64,000 nt of DNA from Haliotis rubra (taxonomy: Eukaryota). The notes beneath the pieces were generated by a model. That model was given only the letters and a program-made list of their open reading frames with translations. It was not told the DNA's origin and did no database searches. The stretch is from positions 806,001-870,000 of the forward strand of contig NW_025766998.1 in NCBI RefSeq assembly GCF_003918875.1, read 5' to 3'. Shown here piece after piece: positions 34,327 to 47,632 of this stretch (positions are counted from its first letter, which is position 1; each line of letters begins with the position of its first letter). Both the position numbers and the translations under genes were made by a program.

Positions 34327-36640
34327 GTGAGTCAGTACAGCATGGTACATTGTAAGAGTACTTGACATGACAGGATGAGTTGGTACACCACACCACAGGG
34401 TGAGTCAGTACTCGTGACTACAGGATGAGAGTACTCCACATGGCAGGGTGAGTCAGTCCACCACACCACAGGTTGAGTCAGTACAGCACACTAATTGGGG
34501 AGTCAGTACAGCACACTAATTGGTGAGTCAGTACAGCACACTAATTGGTGAGTTATTACACTACACCACAGGGTGAGTCAGTGCATTACACTACACCACA
34601 GGGTGAGAGTCAGTACACCACACCACAGGGTGAGTCAGTACACCACACCACAGGGTGAGTCAGTACACCACACCACAGGGTGAGTCAGTGCACCACACCA
34701 CAGGGTGAGTCAGTACACCACACCACAGGGTGAGTCAGTGCACCACACCACAGGGTGAGTCAGTACACCACACCACAGGGTGAGTCAGTGCACCACACCA
34801 CAGGGTGAGTCAGTACACCACACCACAGGGTGATCAGTCACACCACACCACAGTGCACACCACACCACAGGGTGAGTCAGTACACCACACCACAGGGTGA
34901 GTCAGTGCACCACACACAGGGTGAGTCAGTACATTGACCACACCACAGGGTGAGTCAGCACACCACACCAGTACAGCACACTAGTGTGGTCAGTACACCA
35001 CACCACAGGGTGAGTCAGTACAGCACACTACAGGATGAGGGTGAGCTCCACACCACACCACAGGGTGAGTCAGTCCACCACAGGGTGAGTGCACCACACC
35101 ACAGGGTGAGTCAGTACACCACACCACAGGGTGAGTCAGTACACCACACCACAGGGTGAGTCAGCACACCACACCACAGGGTGAGTCACACCACACCACA
35201 GGGTGAGTCAGTACACACACACACACCACAGGGTGAGTCAGTACACCACACACCACAGGGTGAGTCAGTACACCACACCCAGGATGACACCACAGTACAC
35301 CACACCACAGGGTGAGTCAGTACACCACACCACAGGGTGAGTCAGTGAGTCAGCACACCACACAGGGTGTCAGTGCACCACACCACAGGGTGAGTCAGGG
35401 TGAGTCACCACACCACACCACAGGGGTCAGAGTCAGGGTGACCACAGTGCACCACACACCACAGGGTGAGTCACACACCACAGGGTGAGTCCACACCACA
35501 GGGTGAGTCAGTGCACCACACCACAGGGTGAGTCAGTACACCACCACACAGGGTGAGTCAGTGCACCACACCACACCACACCACAGGGTGAGTCAGTACA
35601 CCACACCACAGGGTGAGTCAGTACACCACACCACAGGGTGAGTCAGTACACCACACCACAGGGTGAGTCAGTGCACCACACCACACCACAGGGTGAGTCA
35701 GTACAGCACACCACAGGGTGGTCTCAGTACACCACACCACAGGGTGAGTCAGTACACCACACCACAGGAGTCAGTAGCACCACACCACAGGGTGAGTCAG
35801 TACACACACACAGGGTGAGTCAGGGCACACCACACAGTCACACACACCACAGGGTGAGTCAGTATACCACACCACAGGGTGAGTCAGTACACCACACCAC
35901 AGGGTGAGTCAGTACACCACACCACAGGGTGAGTCAGTACACAGGGTGAGTCAGTACAGCACACCACAGGGTGAGTCAGTACAGCACACCACAGGGTGAG
36001 TCAGTACAGCACACCACAGGGTGAGTCAGTACACCACACCACAGGGTGAGTCAGTACACCACACTACAGGGTGAGTCAGTACAGCACACCACAGGGTGAG
36101 TACAGTACAGGGTGAGTCACACCACACACTACAGGGTGAGTCAGTACACCACACACCACACCAGGGTGAGTCAGCACACTACACCACAGGGGTGAGTCAC
36201 AGCACACTACAGGGTGAGTCAGTACACCACACTAGTAGTACCACACCACAGGGTGAGTCAGTACACCACACCACAGGGTGAGTGAGTCAGTACACCACAC
36301 CACAGGATGAGTCAGTACACACACAGGGTGAGTCAGTACACCACACCACAGGGTGAGTCAGTACACCACACTACAGGGTGAGTCAGTACACCACACCACA
36401 GGGTGTCAGTACACCACACCACAGGGTGAGTCAGTTCACCACACTACAGGGATAAGTCAGTACACCACACTACAGGGTGAGTCAGTACACCACACTACAG
36501 GGTGAGTCAGTACACCACACCACAGGGTGAGTCAGTACACACACACACAGGGTGAGTCATTACAGTACACCACACCACAGGGTGTCAGTACAGCACACTA
36601 CAGGGTGAGTCAGTACAGCACACTACAGGGTGATTTAATA
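34311..36640 (+). repeat. 25-bp minisatellite built from the exon end plus 5' splice site, ~90 copies
   Basis: Unit CACCACACCACAGGGTGAGTCAGTA versus the true junction AACCACACTACAGG|GTGAGTCAGTA. Confidence 0.95.
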
Positions 36641-36761
36641 CACCACAAGATGACTCCTAAGTATTTACAGTAGCCAAGTAGTATTGTATTAAACCGGGGA
36701 AGCTGTGTAGTATTGTAGGAGCTAGTATTACCAGCTGAGTGATGCCATGTGTTTGTTGCAG

Positions 36762-36954
36762 GTGAAGACATTGTGTTCCTGGCCACAGACATCAACCTGC
36801 CTGGGGCAGTGGACTGGGTGATGATGCAGTCATGCTTCGGTCAGAACTTTATGCTAGTGCTGGAAAAACAAGAAAAATATGATGGATTACAGATGTTTTA
36901 TGCCATTGTACAGTTAATAGGAACACGGAAACAAGCGGAGAATTTTGCATACAG
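36762..36954 (+). CDS. SIAH1: SIAH substrate-binding domain exon ([34 protein letters not shown])
   Basis: Closely matches SIAH1; TTGCAG and GTATGT boundaries. Confidence 0.97.
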
Positions 36955-36999
36955 GTATGTGATTCCACCCAGCATGTCAGACTGTTGAAAAAAATGGTG

Positions 37000-37305
37000 A
37001 AATAGGTCCCTGGTTTTCTGTTGCTTGTCAAATCGTGGGAACCTAGATCAGAATAGGTGCCCAGATTTCTACTGCTTGTCTCTGGGGTATCAGAGGTACA
37101 ATAGGTCCCCAGCGCTCTCAGTTGCTTGTCTCACTGTAGGGACGGGGTAGAAAAGGACCCCCAGAACTCTATTGTCTGTCCTACCATGGGGACTGAGCTT
37201 ACAAACAAATGTTGCTAGTCACACTGTATGGACTGGGTAGAGTAGGTCCCCAGCGCTGTCAGTTGCTAGTCACACTGTATGGACTGGGTAGAGTAGGTCC
37301 CCAGC
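37000..37305. repeat. ~52-bp tandem repeat
   Basis: GTTGCTAGTCACACTGTATGGACTGGGTAGAGTAGGTCCCCAGC twice exactly, with more diverged copies upstream. Confidence 0.7.
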
Positions 37306-37640
37306 ATGAGAGGGGACAAATTACGTTGGGTGACCAGATACGGTGAATCCGTTGTTTCCGTGTTGTTGTGCTCTATAGACGTCAGATGTTGCTGATATGA
37401 AGACAACCACTGGTTTGTTCTTGACAGTTTCTACAGCCTGCTGTACTATTAGCTGGAATATTGCTCCTGTTGACTTCATTATGTCTCAGTCAGCGTTTTA
37501 CAAGCCTAGCGTGGCTTGTGAAAGAGTCTTTACCATCTGTTATTTCCATTTGATCAGGTTTGGGGCCTTGAATTTTTCTAGTAGATGTCTCATCTTGCCT
37601 GTGCATGCTAGTCATTTTCTGACAAAAATATGTTTTGCAG

Positions 37641-37824
37641 ACTAGAGCTAAACGGTCATCGGAGACGTCTTACATGGGAGGCAACTCCGCGAAGCATTCA
37701 CGACGGCATCCAGTCAGCAATCATGAGCAGTGACTGCCTGGTGTTTGACACCAACATCGCACAGCTGTTCGCAGACCATGGCAACCTTGGAATTAATGTT
37801 ACAATATCCGTCTGTGAAAGATAG
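37641..37824 (+). CDS. SIAH1: SIAH last exon ([34 protein letters not shown])
   Basis: SIAH C-terminus; the six exons sum to 828 nt = 275 aa plus stop. Confidence 0.97.
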
Positions 37825-38337
37825 AGGGATCTGCTGGAGTCACTACTGTTTGATATCACCCTTGTACATAGACTTGTAAGATTATATTGTACATTTGATC
37901 TAGACGTCCACGGACGGAGCAGCTGACACATCATCAGTGGGTGCATATACCTCAAAATTACCCTGGCTCTCATGGGGAGGGGCCGAGATATAGACTGCTT
38001 GGGGTAACGATAAAGTGACCCGTTCCACAAGCAGATCCTGGCCCAAATACATAGCATACAATGTGGACAAACATTGGTAAGGACTGATTATTTCCATGGT
38101 ATTCATAACTGAAGAAGACGATTTTGACGAAATCTCATGCAGGATTTGACAAACACGATTTGCCACGTGCCAGCAGGACAAGTGTTGCGGAAAAGGACTG
38201 CTGCCGAATTTATTAGGCAACTCTTGGTGGTTGGTTAGATCAGTGGTAAAGATTTTTTTCATGATGCCAAAGACCTGTGTTTCATTCATCACGTAGGTGC
38301 AACATGTGAAGCACTTTTCTGGTGGTGTTGCTGGAAT

Positions 38338-38831
38338 CAGAGGCCCAGATAAGCTGCGTATCCGGGTAAAATACGCATAGAAAATTTCCAATTACGCATT
38401 GAAAAATAATTGTTGCGTACCAATTACGCATTTACAATGTTAGATACACAAAAAGTTTAAAACAAATGCGTACGGAATATATTTATAAAAATCGCTTGCG
38501 TAATGAAAAAGACATCGATTGCTATCAAGTTGTACTATTAGTATAGGACTAGTATTGTGCTGTCAGTATTGGATAAGTGATGTTTTTATGAAATCATTTC
38601 CATTATATTTAAGTTGGTTTTGATTAGGTATGACATGAGGCAGAACATACCTGCTTAGTAAACTTACTCAATGACATATATACTTAGGTGAGTAAAATGA
38701 CTGAAATACGCACATATTTGAAAGCAGTGGGTAACGGAAAATGAAATACCCACTTAACATTCATAATACCCACTCCAAAAAATTACAGTGGGTATAGTAC
38801 CCACATGAGCTAAATCTTATCTGGAGCTCTG
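38338..38831. mobile_element. MITE with 6-bp TSD inserted into a family A SINE remnant
   Basis: TIR CAGAGGCCCAGATAAG / CTTATCTGGAGCTCTG; TSD TGGAAT splits the SINE tail GCTGGAATATTG. Confidence 0.8.
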
Positions 38832-39941
38832 TGGAATATTGGTAAGACGGCATCAAACCATATACAATCACTGACATCATGAGACACAACAAAATATATA
38901 CAACATCTATATTTACAAAGTAAATACTGCAACAACTGCTATTTCAGTTAATTGCAAATGGGAAAGGAACTTGCAGTTGCTTGCATTTTGTCCTCCAGTC
39001 ATTTGGAGAGATTTTAGAAACACTAGTCTTGATTCATTGTTGCTGTCATGTGTGGTAGATAGTGTTTTGTCAAACCCTGGGCCTCAACAACCTATAGTTG
39101 GTTGCAAGGTTAGATGGTTACCATGGTTACCAGATATGTATATATGTTGTGTATTTGCCATAAAAGTTACAGGCCCAGCATTGTTGTGGAACACGAGTCG
39201 CGATGTTGTACATATCATGAAATACGAATATCTGAGAATACATATCACAATACACCATGTGGTGTATTAATGATTAAAGAGATGTATTCGTGTTTATGAA
39301 CATAGTCTTTTGTGTTGTGGGTGGCTGAAATTGACACATTCAGTGTGCTGTATCCGCCCTAGGAGCAAGCATCTTGACCCATAGCAAGAGTTGTAATGTG
39401 TCACCTTATCGTTACACCCCCAGAAGCTAGGACCATGATATTCCAGAAGGAAAATGAGTTCATATTGTACTTCGAATATTCACCATGCTTGCTTTCAACT
39501 TGTATTGGGTTTGAATTGAGTTTTTATGATGAGGTTATCTTGTGCTTTTTGGGCACAAATCTTAACTCGCTTCTTCTAAGTGGTCTCAGAACCACACCTG
39601 TGGTAGGTCTATTAGGTAAGGGAATCAGATCGCTGTATGGAATGGTGCCGTAATCTTTCAAGGCCAGACTGATTTTTATAACTTGTGCTTAAGAATCTGC
39701 TGACTCCCGAAACAGATTGTATATATTCCAGTGACCAGAAATGTGTAAAATGTGAAAGAAACCACTTATCCTCAACATAATTACATTTTCTGCAAATATT
39801 ATAATTAAAACCTGTTTCAAGTTTATTTTTAGACTTTCAAACATAACAAATAGACAGCTATGTTCTACAACCCAAACGAGGTAACTTTAAAGTTGTTTCT
39901 TTATATATTCCTCAGACTCCCATGTTTTTATTGCCTACCTA

Positions 39942-40388
39942 CCATATATTACTGTCTATAAGCCGAATTTTGAGGACCCCAAAAATATGTCTGTAGAAGG
40001 GGGTCGTCTTTTCTATGAGATAGAATTTCACGGAAATATTTTTTAGCTCACCAGTGCCCTGCCAGGACGATGTTACAGGTTACCGGTACATCTGCCAGGA
40101 TGTTTGCCATGATTACAGCGTTTATGTTGTAAATGATGAATAAACTACACATTAACCTGTATGTTTTCATTATTTCAACATATTATTACATTTTAGTCAT
40201 TATGACATTTATCGTACAATCAGCTGTGCACACGTTTCCCGGCTATCAAGTTCAAACATGCACAATAATATAACGGGATGAAATCTGACGGCTTATGCAC
40301 GAAACATACCATTGAGTCAGCTGATTTTAAGGGTCAAGTTTGGGGGTCGGCTTATTTATGGGGTCGGCTTATAGACAGTAATATACTG
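39942..40388. mobile_element. Tc1/mariner-pogo-like MITE
   Basis: TIR TATATTACTGTCTATAAGCCGA / TCGGCTTATAGACAGTAATATA, flanked by TA on both sides. Confidence 0.75.
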
Positions 40389-40868
40389 TACCTAACACAT
40401 TAAGGAAATACAAAAGAATGCTGGAAAATGGATATAATTATGCTTTCCACTTGTTGGCTCCAAAATCTGAAGACGCCTGATTGGCTTATGGTGGGGAAAA
40501 TAAATTCAAGTACAATATTTGATTTTGTCCTGAAATGTAATAAGAACAGACTGTTCTGATATAATATCAGTGACACCATCAGTTATTCTGGAGTCAGATA
40601 GTAACCAAGCATGTTGGAAAGGATTATGATGTTATGATTTGAGATAATAAAAACAGATATACTCTTTTGAGTAGCATTTATGTTTAGTTAGGTCTTCAAA
40701 AAAAACCAATCCAAATGTGACAATCGGTTTGTGGAAGTTGTAAAATGAAACGGGTTCAAGTCAGGTTCCATTTTATACAGTGTGTACTTCCCAACACCTT
40801 ATAGTGATATTCTGTTCCTGTGGAGGAGAAGTGGGTATTACTATATAACTGAAGCATTTATTTGTAAC

Positions 40869-41268
40869 TAGGGGTGTTGCGATACGCGAATGTATCGAAG
40901 CATCGATACATTTTTTACTGACGATACGATACGCGATACATGCTTGCGTGTATCGATTCCTATTTTAAAACTTTATTGATTCAAATTTGTATGCTATATC
41001 CATCTCCTTCAAAGTCTTGATAGTAAAATTATGCGAGATCGCTCCGATAAATAGATGTAGCTAGCTTTACTTAAAAAATAGTTGGAAACTAACAGCTTTT
41101 GTGATTGGCTAGACTATTTTGATGGACCAATCAGCGAGCACGTACGTTGCCGGTAAGGTAATGCTATGAAAAGGCGTGAAACTTATGTATCGCGATACGT
41201 AGCGTATCGTGACCTTAAAATCGTGATACGTATCGTATCGTGAGATTGGTGTATCGTGACACCCCCTA
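40869..41268. mobile_element. hAT-like MITE
   Basis: TAGGGG termini, CGATAC subterminal repeats, 8-bp TSD TTTGTAAC / TTTGTGAC. Confidence 0.85.
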
Positions 41269-42770
41269 TTTGTGACTTTATTCGTCAGTAGTGAAAGGTC
41301 TACACATCTAAATTTTTGTTCTGTGCTTTGTAACAATAAAATATGTGAGTAACCCTTTTAAATGTTGAGTAGCATATATGATTGTACACAGGATACTGCT
41401 TTCTGTAGACATAATGTCTATATTTATTGTCACAAGTGGAAATATTTTCTTATTTGGCGGTTGACCAATCTCTCGTGTAGGAAAATGTACTACAACAGTC
41501 TACGCAGTTAAGTTATGTTGAGTTGATCTAACACAACTTTACCTTTCATCATCATGATCATGTCTCACCTTCACTAACAAAGCAAATAGAATTTGCTACA
41601 GAATACATTTGCTAATAAAGTTGATGCTGCAAATGTCACCCCCCTCGTCCTTGTTCTACATACACTGGTCAGAATATGTGGTCCCACAAACACGAGGGAT
41701 GTTTAAGCTTACTTGGTTTCAGACCTAACAACAGAAAAATACTGATAAAAGTGGATTTATGAGAATAACTTTACTTGGAAAGATTGTAGGTAGATAGTAT
41801 GGCCGAGTGGTAGAAGCACTGGCTTGTCATTGTCAAAGACTGGCTTTGATTTCATCCATATTGAACCCATCCAGGAATGGTGAAATGTGTGGTGCTGTGT
41901 TATAACAGCGTTATACCCTGGAGCCTAATAGCCAACCAGTATAGTGCCAAAATTTAGAAGATACATATTCACTTGGTATCCCAGATCTAGTGCCCATATC
42001 AGTTTTGCTGTTTCACAAGTAATAAGTTGATATCTCTGCGTTTTGTTTTCAATCACTGATTATTATTGATGAAAAAAATATGGTGAATATTTTTTTCCTC
42101 TTACCTTCCAATTTCATATTTGTGATGCCAATAATGTCCAAAGGGACGATTTCATTTCATATATGTACCCTATCAGGGGCTGGTACTGGTATTCTTACAA
42201 GTGGCATAACATTGTGTTCACTCAAGTCAAAAAGGAAATATTTTGGTGGGAGTTGTGATACAGATCTTAGCTGTCTATGTTCTGTTACCAGAGAGACACT
42301 GCAGACCATGATCCCATTGTACAAAACAACTTTAGCACTACCATTTCACTAGACTACAAAGTGCTGAGGTGATGAGCGCTAATTTTGCTTTGTACAACCA
42401 CACCCCTATCAGTTGTCAATCTGTTAATATAACATTTCCCTGTCAGAGGTTTGAGCATACCATCACAGCTGGCACACAGCCAAGTACCATTGACAGGATG
42501 CGAAGGAAGAGAACTAACAACTTCTCACTATTGTATATTATTCAGCTTTGCTTAAATGTATTCCAAAGAGTATCAAATAACACGCAGGTTTGAAAAGTAG
42601 GATTAACATAAATGCTTCAATTTATTTTTTGTCTGACTATACTTTTTGCTCCATTTTTTTCATGAGGGGTCTAGTCATCAAATTGCGATACCTTGTTACA
42701 CAAAGTTGCATGAACCCAACTTGTGTGTCATCCTTCCCCTCCAATAGTAGCAAGCAAGGCAGTACCACAT

Positions 42771-42840
42771 CTCTTGCCCAGGTCGTCACGATATGGCTGA
42801 AATATTGCCGATGTGACGTTAATTCTTAACTCACTCACTC
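42771..42840 (+). mobile_element. Short retroposon 3' tail (family D)
   Basis: GATATGGCTGAAATATTGCCGATGTGACGTTAATTCTTA(ACTC)n flanked by direct repeat CTCTTGCCCAG. Confidence 0.65.
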
Positions 42841-43506
42841 GCTCTCTTGCCCAGAACCATCTCCATGGAAAGCCAGACAAATGTAATTCCCTGTGTAGTG
42901 GATTTACCCTTGAATGCTAAAATGCCAGTTTCTTTAAACATTGGTTCTGGCAGTTCATGGTTGCGGACACTGGTGGTCCACTGATGCTAATTTGTTGTTC
43001 ACATTTTACTGCATGTCATTTCATTTTATTTTTCATCTGTTCGCATGCTTGGATTTAAGTATATTTTGTTGCTGTAATTGACTAGCTGAGAGGACTTGGT
43101 TTGTTGTTTATGTTTACCTTGGTTGTATGATCGCTTCATATCATGATCCACGTGTGGACTGTTCATTCAGTTGTGAGCAGGGACATTCAGATCAGTACCA
43201 GTATTTGATGGAAACATGTTTTGGAGAATGTGTGGATAATATTTTTTTCAAATATTTTTTGCTACATTCACATAAGCAAAAGATGAAAGATTAAGCCTGT
43301 AAGTACTTCCTATATATTTTATTCCAGTGTAATTGATAATTGATAGCCCAGTGGATAGAGTGTTCGCTTGTTGTGACTAATGTTTGGGTTTGTCTCCAAA
43401 TGGTAGTCTCTTTTCACTCACCCTGATGTTTCTTTAGTTATGCTTAAAGCAGTGTCGGACACAACCAACCAACTCACTCTCTGCAGCACAGCGCTGTTCA
43501 ACAGCT

Positions 43507-43747
43507 CAGGGGTGGAAATAACTTTAAAATTGCTAGTGTACTCCGGTACCGTGGCACATGTAAAACCACTTGCCCTGATAATTTTTCCACTATACCGGCC
43601 GTTTTCTTGTTGATTTTTTTAAATAAACAACATAATTAATATTGGAAAGTCAACTGGACACCTGTACAGTGTGATATACAAATTTGCTAGCCCAACAGAA
43701 AAAAACACTGGACTCGGGCGTCGGGCAATGGGTTATTTCCAGCCCTG
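43507..43747 (+). mobile_element. MITE family M1
   Basis: CAGGGGTGGAAATAAC / GTTATTTCCAGCCCTG; perfect 5-bp TSD CAGCT. Confidence 0.9.
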
Positions 43748-45124
43748 CAGCTCCAATGTTCGTAGCCTGTACAGAGCAGACTCTAAAGGTTGGTTTGAGT
43801 CCTGTATAATGTACTGGTAGATAACGGTATATCCACCACCCAGTGAATATAGTCTCGGAAGTAATGAAACTATTGGTTGCACATGGGTAGAACATCATGT
43901 GTCTGGGCTATATATGTTTTTGTTTCAGTAACCAAGGAAGTACTACTAGCTGATGCATTGTAACCTGTCTGTGCTTTTATATATGATTCTTTGAAGCACG
44001 TTTAGAAGTCAGTAAATGTCCTCTAATGAACTTTGAGAAACAACTCTAATGGTGTTCCTGGGAGGTCTGGAGGAATGCTGAGAATGTTCTGTAACCTATT
44101 TTTGCTGCTTCTGTTTCTTGTAGGCATGCCTACATCCATACTCATGTCTAATATTTTCATAATTATTACTTATTGTCATTGACAATGTAAGATTTTTTTC
44201 TGGTTTGCCATTTGTTTGTTTTTAATTGCTATGGAAGAATACTGTGCTAATTGAATCATTATCAAATTCATGGAAAATAACATTGAATATTTTCAACATC
44301 ATGTCCATTGTTTCTTTCACATGCTGTTCATGTATATCCTCCATTGAAGCCAACTTTTCTGGGTGGTCTTTATTTTGCTGCTTTGTGTCCTTCTATAGCA
44401 GAACAAAAACAAGAACTTACTTTATGTAACTAGCTTTTGGTAGTTCCATAAATGAGTACCAGAGCACATTAACTGGCTGACCTTCACATTGGTTGACAGT
44501 ATTTGTACCAGATGTTTTGATACATAACTCGCAGCAACCCAAGCTGACTAATGTTGGTACGATGGTCAGACTTGCTGACTTGGTTGATGTATGTCATTGT
44601 ATCATGATTACAGGGAATGATGCTCATGATGTCAATCACTTGATTGTCTGACCCAGACTTGATTATTTACTGACTTCTATCTAAAACTGGATTGGATTGT
44701 TGCATTTAAACAACAAACAAATGTTATAATGTACACTAAATTCTACCTATGTTTTGTAAATATAAGGTTCCTTCTCGTTAAGTAATATGAACACAAGTTC
44801 AGATATCTCTAATTGATAATCTTACATCATACGGCCAGCTGGCCATAGCAGATTGACCTTTTGTCCAGATAATCCACGGGACAAGAATCTTACAAGGCTG
44901 AGATAGATTATGAATGCAATTGTATTATGATAAGAAGGCTTGATTGATGAAATCTGTCCGCTGTGAATAGTCTTCGTTAACACTGCTTCATTGCAAGGGA
45001 GGTCTTTGCCACTCTTTAACCTGACCATTCCATAATCTGTGGTAGACTGGTTGAATCAGGTTTACCCAGATTAGTCCTTGATTTATCAGCGCCATCTCTG
45101 TCTACCTGTATGTCTAACACAATA

Positions 45125-45420
45125 GCCGAAGACCCGGGTTCGAATCCCCACATGGGCACAATGTGTGAAGCCCATTTCTTGTGTCCCCAGCCGTGATGTT
45201 GCTGGAATATTGCTAAAAGCAGCGTAAAACCAAACTCAGTCAGTCTAACACAGTAGTGGCGGTGGGGTAGCCTAATGGTTAAAGTGTCTGCTCGTTACGC
45301 TGAAGACCAAGGTTCGATTCCCACATGGGTACAATGTGTGAAGCCCATTTCTGGTGTTCCCGGTGGATATTGCTGGAATATTGCTAAAAGCGTCGTAAAA
45401 CCATCCTCTCACTCACTCGC
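45125..45420 (+). mobile_element. Two tandem family A SINEs (5'-truncated copy directly upstream of a full copy)
   Basis: First copy flanked by GTCTAACACAATAG / GTCTAACACAGTAG; second copy begins at 45257. Confidence 0.85.
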
Positions 45421-45560
45421 ATCATGAAAGTCAGTTTCAGTTATATTGATCAAAAGAAGTTAAAGTCCACTGATTCTTTCATATTATTGTGGTTAATCTG
45501 TCCAGGAATAACCAGGTAACAGTATACATGTGATATGATAAAATTGGGTTGTCCTTTACA

Positions 45561-45800
45561 GTGAGTGAGTGAGTTAAGTTATACCATGCACTCAGTAATA
45601 TTCCAACTACATGTTGACAGTCTGTAAGTGAGTGAGTCTGGACCAGACAACCCAGTGATCAACAGCATGAGCATTGATCTACGCAATTGAGATACAATGA
45701 CATGTCAACCAAGTCAGCAAGCCTGACCACCCCATCCCATTAGTCGCCTCTCAGGACAAGCTTGGGTTACTGAAAACCAAATCTAACCAGGATCTTCATA
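45561..45800 (-). mobile_element. SINE-like family B
   Basis: Family B body, here with an (ACTC)n tail on the minus strand. Confidence 0.8.
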
Positions 45801-47632
45801 GGTATGTCCTTTTACATGGAATGATAGATTAGCTTTGGTTCTACAAAAGAATCAGTTGGTCCTTTAGTTCTTTTGAGTAGTATATCCTGTTCCTCCATCA
45901 GCCCATCAATGTGAAGCCATGCCCTGTGTTGTGGGACGTTTTCTCCCATGGTGGGGAGTCCTCTGTGATTGACTGCTGCCCCCTGTCAGACCACCCATTG
46001 ATCTTGTAACATGACATCATCTAATTCCACCTGCCATCACTGACATGTTGTAGGTACTGGGTTGGGGAGGTGCAAGTGTTTGTTATTAAAGGGCTGTATT
46101 CACAAAGGGATCTCAGTGCTGACTGTTGTATGTCTTTTAACATGTTAGATTTTGATACCTTCAGTGCTTAGATTGTTTTGCCAATACAGTCCCAAAATAC
46201 TGTTTCTCAAAGCAATCTTAGAGCTATGGCAGATGTAAGTCTATTTTCATCTTACAGCTAAGATTCTTTTGTGAATATGGTCCCATTCTCTGATTAAGGC
46301 TTGTGTTGAACTAACCTTAGTACTGCCAATGACAAATTTTTGAGTAAATGTAGAAGATGAAATGAGTTTGTTGGTTTATATGTCATTTTGGTTGTAAGTA
46401 CAAAGATCACATTGAGAAACAGGCCACATGTTTCAGGCTTTTTTCAGGGTTTGTAATGATTCATGTCCAACAAAAGGACAAAAGCTCTAGGCCAACCTGT
46501 ATATTTGATCCTTGTTATAAAATAGTATTTGCTTATGACCTCAAAAGCCTGTTACACAAAGCAGTCTTAATGCTACCACTGATGTAGGCCTAAGTATGAG
46601 GCTTGCAGCAGTTAATTTGTAGTGCGAGGATCACTTTGTGAAACTGAGTCCAACTTAGGTTTACAGTAATTACAACTAAGATCAGTTTGTACAGATGGAA
46701 CCATTCTGTTTACCATGTTGCTATATCATTGTGTGGAAGTCTGCAATGGTTTGCCTGCACCAGACCTTGATAACCTAGAGCTCCATCCACTAACCCACTC
46801 ATCTCACACTCATGCATCAGAAGGGATGACTGATGTGGTTGATCCTTCTGCAGTGAAGATTCCCAGGGAAAGTTCTTGTACAGATAAGATATACATCTAC
46901 CTTGTGAGGTGGCCCAAATGACCAGGTGATTACCTCAACAGACTCATTACTTGGCTTAGAATTTCTCCTCGTATTCTTAAAAAAGAATTGGATTGTGAGT
47001 TGGTATTGTTAATTTATGCATTATCTGCCTGTGGTATACGGCAGTTATCCAACCTCACTGATAAATGTTCTAGAGGTCTGTTTATGAGATACATGTGCAT
47101 ATATTACTCAACAGGGGTTTCCACTTGGGCCACTAGGTTCTTTCAAGTTGCTATAGTTAATATGTCATGACTAGATTAACTACAGCAATATGTAAGAATT
47201 AGGTGATCTGTATGCTCTTTGGAATGGTAGAATACAAAAAAAATATGCTGCTCCACTTTTGAAAGGGATGTTTCTCTTATTCAGGCTTGAGACAGAGATG
47301 CCACACTGAGTCTTTGCCAAGCATTTAGAAGTTGGAAGACCATGGAAGTTTATGGATAACAACTACTTGTTTTTTAACAAAGAATAAAGAAATTGTTATC
47401 CATAAAAAGTGTTGTTTATGTCCAGTAATATATATTGCCTTGAGGTTTGATTCCTTTTTGAGATGAACTCGAGCACCTCTTTTTTTGTAACAGACCAAAA
47501 TATTTAATGATCACTAGGTTTCTCTGTCAAAAGTTGAGTAGTATATGTCTTAAGTAGGTAACTGAATAAGAAATTTAGGATGGGACAAAATGTTTGACAT
47601 CAGGTGTTTATATTGGAAGAAATGAGTGCCAA

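Noticed and set aside
34950-36281. ORFs rich in HHTT/PQGESV
   Set aside because: Translations of the intronic 25-bp repeat; an in-frame TAA at 34353 separates them from SIAH coding sequence.
34311-36640. CRISPR-like array
   Set aside because: Units are directly tandem with no unique spacers, the context is a eukaryotic intron, and there are no cas genes.
37698-38391. Minus-strand 119-aa and 163-aa ORFs
   Set aside because: They overlap the SIAH last exon and 3' region, a SINE remnant and a MITE end; no recognisable domain.
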